Below, piece by piece: positions 61,527 to 64,000 of a stretch of 64,000 bases of DNA. Below the pieces are notes generated by a model that saw nothing but the letters and a program-made list of their open reading frames with translations, ran no database searches and was not told the DNA's origin. Each line of letters starts with the position of its first letter. Position 1 is the first letter of the stretch. Origin of the DNA: Bacteroidota bacterium (GTDB lineage: Bacteria > Bacteroidota > Bacteroidia > Chitinophagales > Chitinophagaceae); contig JAHEFK010000003.1 in the NCBI GenBank assembly GCA_024640225.1, positions 32,649-96,648 on the forward strand, read 5' to 3'. Made by a program: the position numbers and the translations under genes.

Positions 61527-64000
61527 CTATTTTACAAAATTAGCCCACTGTGCTTTTTTTGCTTTAATCCAATCTTTCAATTGGAAACTCAACAAACACA
61601 TTACCGGTACTAATATTAAGGTAAGGAAGGTTGCAAAAGACAAGCCATAGATCATGGTCCAAGCTAATGGACCCCAGAAAGCAACGCTATCGCCACCAAA
61701 ATAAATATGTGGATTCCACTCACTTAATAAGGTAGCAAAATCAATATTCATGCCTACTGCCAAAGGTATTAAACCTAATATAGCAGCGGTTGCGGTTAGT
61801 AATACGGGTGTCATACGGGTTCTTCCAGCTTCTAATATGGCAGCTCTTGGCTCCATGCCCTCGTGTAATTTACTATCCATAAACTCAACAAGTAAGATAC
61901 CATTACGTACCACAATACCTGCTAAGGCTACAATACCAATACCACTCATTACAATTGAAATATCCGTTTTAAATAAACCACAACCCAACATTACTCCAAA
62001 TACACTGAAAATAATTTCTGTCATAATAATAATCGTTCTACTAAAAGAGTTGAACTGCATTACTAAAATTAAGAAGATTAATGCCACAGCAATAAACATG
62101 GCATTACCTAAAAAGCCCATCGTTTCTTCTTGTTCTTCTTGCTGACCGCCCATTTTCAATTGCACACCGCTTGGTGCATTAAAATCTTTAATTGCTTCCG
62201 CAACCGATGCAACAACTTCATTTTCATTGTAGCCCGTGAGCACGTTGGATGATAAAGAAATAATTCGTTTCTGATTTTTACGTTTAATACCGCCGTAGGT
62301 AGTAGCATAGTCGATGGTAGCAAAGGAACTGATAGGAATCGTTCTTACTATACCGGTTGCCATATCTCTAAACGTAATCGGCATATTGCGCACCGCATCA
62401 ATATTATCACGTTGCTCTTTTGCTAAGCGTAATGTAATTGGATAATCTTCATTGGCATCTCTAAATCGAGATACTTCTTTACCAAATACAGCTGTTCTTA
62501 ATCCCATAGCCACCTGATAAGTATTCATGCCTTCGGCATTCATACGTTGACGATCTAAATCAAACACAATTTCTGGATTACTTGATTGAAAATCGCTTCG
62601 CAATTCTTCAACACCAGGAACTTGTTTCATTTTCAATTCACGCTTCAAACGATCTGCTGTTCGCACCAATGAATCTAAATTGTCGCCACTAATTTCTATC
62701 ACAATTGGTTTCGGCAATGGTGGTCCGCCTTGTTCTTTATCTACCGTAATTTCTGCACCTGGAATACCTTTTACCGCTTCTCTTATTTTCATTAAACAAT
62801 CATTTGTATTACCGCCATGTCGCTCTGCAAAAGGCACATATGCAACAGTAACTTTCCCTTTATTGGGAAACTCGCCAACCTCTCCACTATTCGGATCAAC
62901 AGCACCAACTGTTACATTAGAGATGATTGATTTAATCATCGGATTCTGTTTATTGTGAGATGGATCCATATCTAAGGCTTTATATACTTTTGCCTCAATA
63001 GTTTTAAGCACTTCATTGGTATAGGCTTGATCGGTACCTACAGGCATGTTTAAATAAACATACGTAAAGTTAGGTTGTCCGCTTGGGAAGAAAACTACAT
63101 TTGGTTTTCGTATAGCAACCACTACAATAGATAAAACACAAATTAAACCTGCAATGCCTAATACTTTGAATGGGTGATTTAAGGATCTGTTTAAAATAGT
63201 AGTATACCAATTTTGGAAGGCTGGCCATGTTTTATTTTGAAAAGAATGTATCCATTTTTCTAGAACAAATTTTTCGAGTAAAACAAAGCCATACAACAAC
63301 AAAATAAAATTACCAAAGGACCATGAACGGGTTATATAACTCAATAAAATGATCGTCACAGCGATGACCATTATAATTTTATCTTTTTTAGTAAATATGC
63401 GCACACCTGTATCATTAGGATTGTGTGGCTTCATGAAATCAACGGCAAATACAGGATTGATGATATATGCAACAAATAAAGATGCTAATAGCGTGATGAT
63501 TAAAGTAATTGGCAAATAGAACATAAACTGACCAATTACACCACTCCAAAATGCTAATGGTATAAATGGAATTAAAGTAGTTAAGGTTCCTGACAATACC
63601 GGTAAAAACACTTCGCCGGTAGCCAATTTAGCTGCTTTTTTAATAGGCATTTTACCATTATCAAATATACGATGCGTATTTTCTATAACCACTATGGCAT
63701 CATCTACAACTATACCTAGGGCTAGTAAGAATGAAAACAACACGATCATATTTAAAGTAAATCCAATTGTTGGCATTACTAAAAATGCAATTGCACACGA
63801 TAAAGGCACCGACATCGCAACAAACAACGCATTGGAAACACCCATAAAGAACATTAAAATAACCGTCACTAAAATAAAGCCGATGATAATCGTATTCACT
63901 AAATCATGCAAGGTATTACGAGTAGTTTCCGATTGATCGCCGGTAACTACTACCGATAAATCATTTGGCAATTCTTGTGCTTGCATGTCCTCTAATAAGG
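61527..64000 (-). CDS. RND efflux transporter permease (AcrB/CzcA family), C-terminal ~824 codons; gene continues past the window end
   Basis: The frame stays open upstream of the track Met at 63986 through nt 64000. Typical RND TM bundles and periplasmic loops (VVDDAIVVIEN, GIVVRNGILLVEF). Confidence 0.9.
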   Translation of the reverse strand, partial: LLEDMQAQELPNDLSVVVTGDQSETTRNTLHDLVNTIIIGFILVTVILMFFMGVSNALFVAMSVPLSCAIAFLVMPTIGFTLNMIVLFSFLLALGIVVDDAIVVIENTHRIFDNGKMPIKKAAKLATGEVFLPVLSGTLTTLIPFIPLAFWSGVIGQFMFYLPITLIITLLASLFVAYIINPVFAVDFMKPHNPNDTGVRIFTKKDKIIMVIAVTIILLSYITRSWSFGNFILLLYGFVLLEKFVLEKWIHSFQNKTWPAFQNWYTTILNRSLNHPFKVLGIAGLICVLSIVVVAIRKPNVVFFPSGQPNFTYVYLNMPVGTDQAYTNEVLKTIEAKVYKALDMDPSHNKQNPMIKSIISNVTVGAVDPNSGEVGEFPNKGKVTVAYVPFAERHGGNTNDCLMKIREAVKGIPGAEITVDKEQGGPPLPKPIVIEISGDNLDSLVRTADRLKRELKMKQVPGVEELRSDFQSSNPEIVFDLDRQRMNAEGMNTYQVAMGLRTAVFGKEVSRFRDANEDYPITLRLAKEQRDNIDAVRNMPITFRDMATGIVRTIPISSFATIDYATTYGGIKRKNQKRIISLSSNVLTGYNENEVVASVAEAIKDFNAPSGVQLKMGGQQEEQEETMGFLGNAMFIAVALIFLILVMQFNSFSRTIIIMTEIIFSVFGVMLGCGLFKTDISIVMSGIGIVALAGIVVRNGILLVEFMDSKLHEGMEPRAAILEAGRTRMTPVLLTATAAILGLIPLAVGMNIDFATLLSEWNPHIYFGGDSVAFWGPLAWTMIYGLSFATFLTLILVPVMCLLSFQLKDWIKAKKAQWANFVK

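Noticed and set aside
1-64000. I scanned for CRISPR arrays, IS elements, integrases, phage genes, toxin-antitoxin pairs and known defence-system gene pairs.
   Set aside because: I saw no regularly spaced direct repeats, transposase/integrase motifs, or nuclease-ATPase defence-type pairs. The only repeat pair is the 29-mer reported above.

Overview
This is a dense, almost fully coding 64-kb chromosomal segment from a Bacteroidota genome. The phylum call rests on the T9SS translocon gene sprA, three T9SS-sorted cargo genes, TonB-dependent receptors and recurring TAnnTTTG -7 promoter boxes. I call 55 protein-coding genes (41 on the minus strand, two truncated by the window edges), one tRNA-Lys(UUU), nine terminator-type hairpins (two are the copies of a duplicated 29-nt repeat) and 14 promoter-like boxes. 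I saw no rRNA, CRISPR array, transposase, integrase or phage gene.

Housekeeping content:
- Polyphosphate: ppk1-ppx.
- Bicarbonate: SulP transporter plus beta-carbonic anhydrase.
- A pyrD-TerC-TPR-rpe gene string.
- DNA repair: uvrB, ruvA.
- Lipid A: lpxB, an LpxH-like gene.
- Aromatic amino acids: aroE and a DAHP synthase/chorismate mutase fusion.
- truB, acpP-fabF-rnc, a crotonase, a stand-alone B12-binding domain and an RND pump.

Non-routine items:
1. One very AT-rich membrane-protein gene sits between two copies of a 29-nt terminator hairpin repeat (23537-25041).
2. A paaABC...paaD oxygenase cluster has no paaE and carries a 758-aa polytopic membrane protein between paaC and paaD, followed by a mini channel-like gene.
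3. A TonB receptor / T9SS-secreted protein / small cytochrome-c-like lipoprotein triad lies near a paralogous cytochrome-like gene in an OB-fold/YceI/DUF5777 operon.
4. ppk1 and ppx are in the same frame, separated only by TAG and followed directly by a TTG start.
5. An unlisted 52-codon membrane ORF overlaps the 3' end of lpxB.

All family names come from motif recognition by eye. No database search was run.
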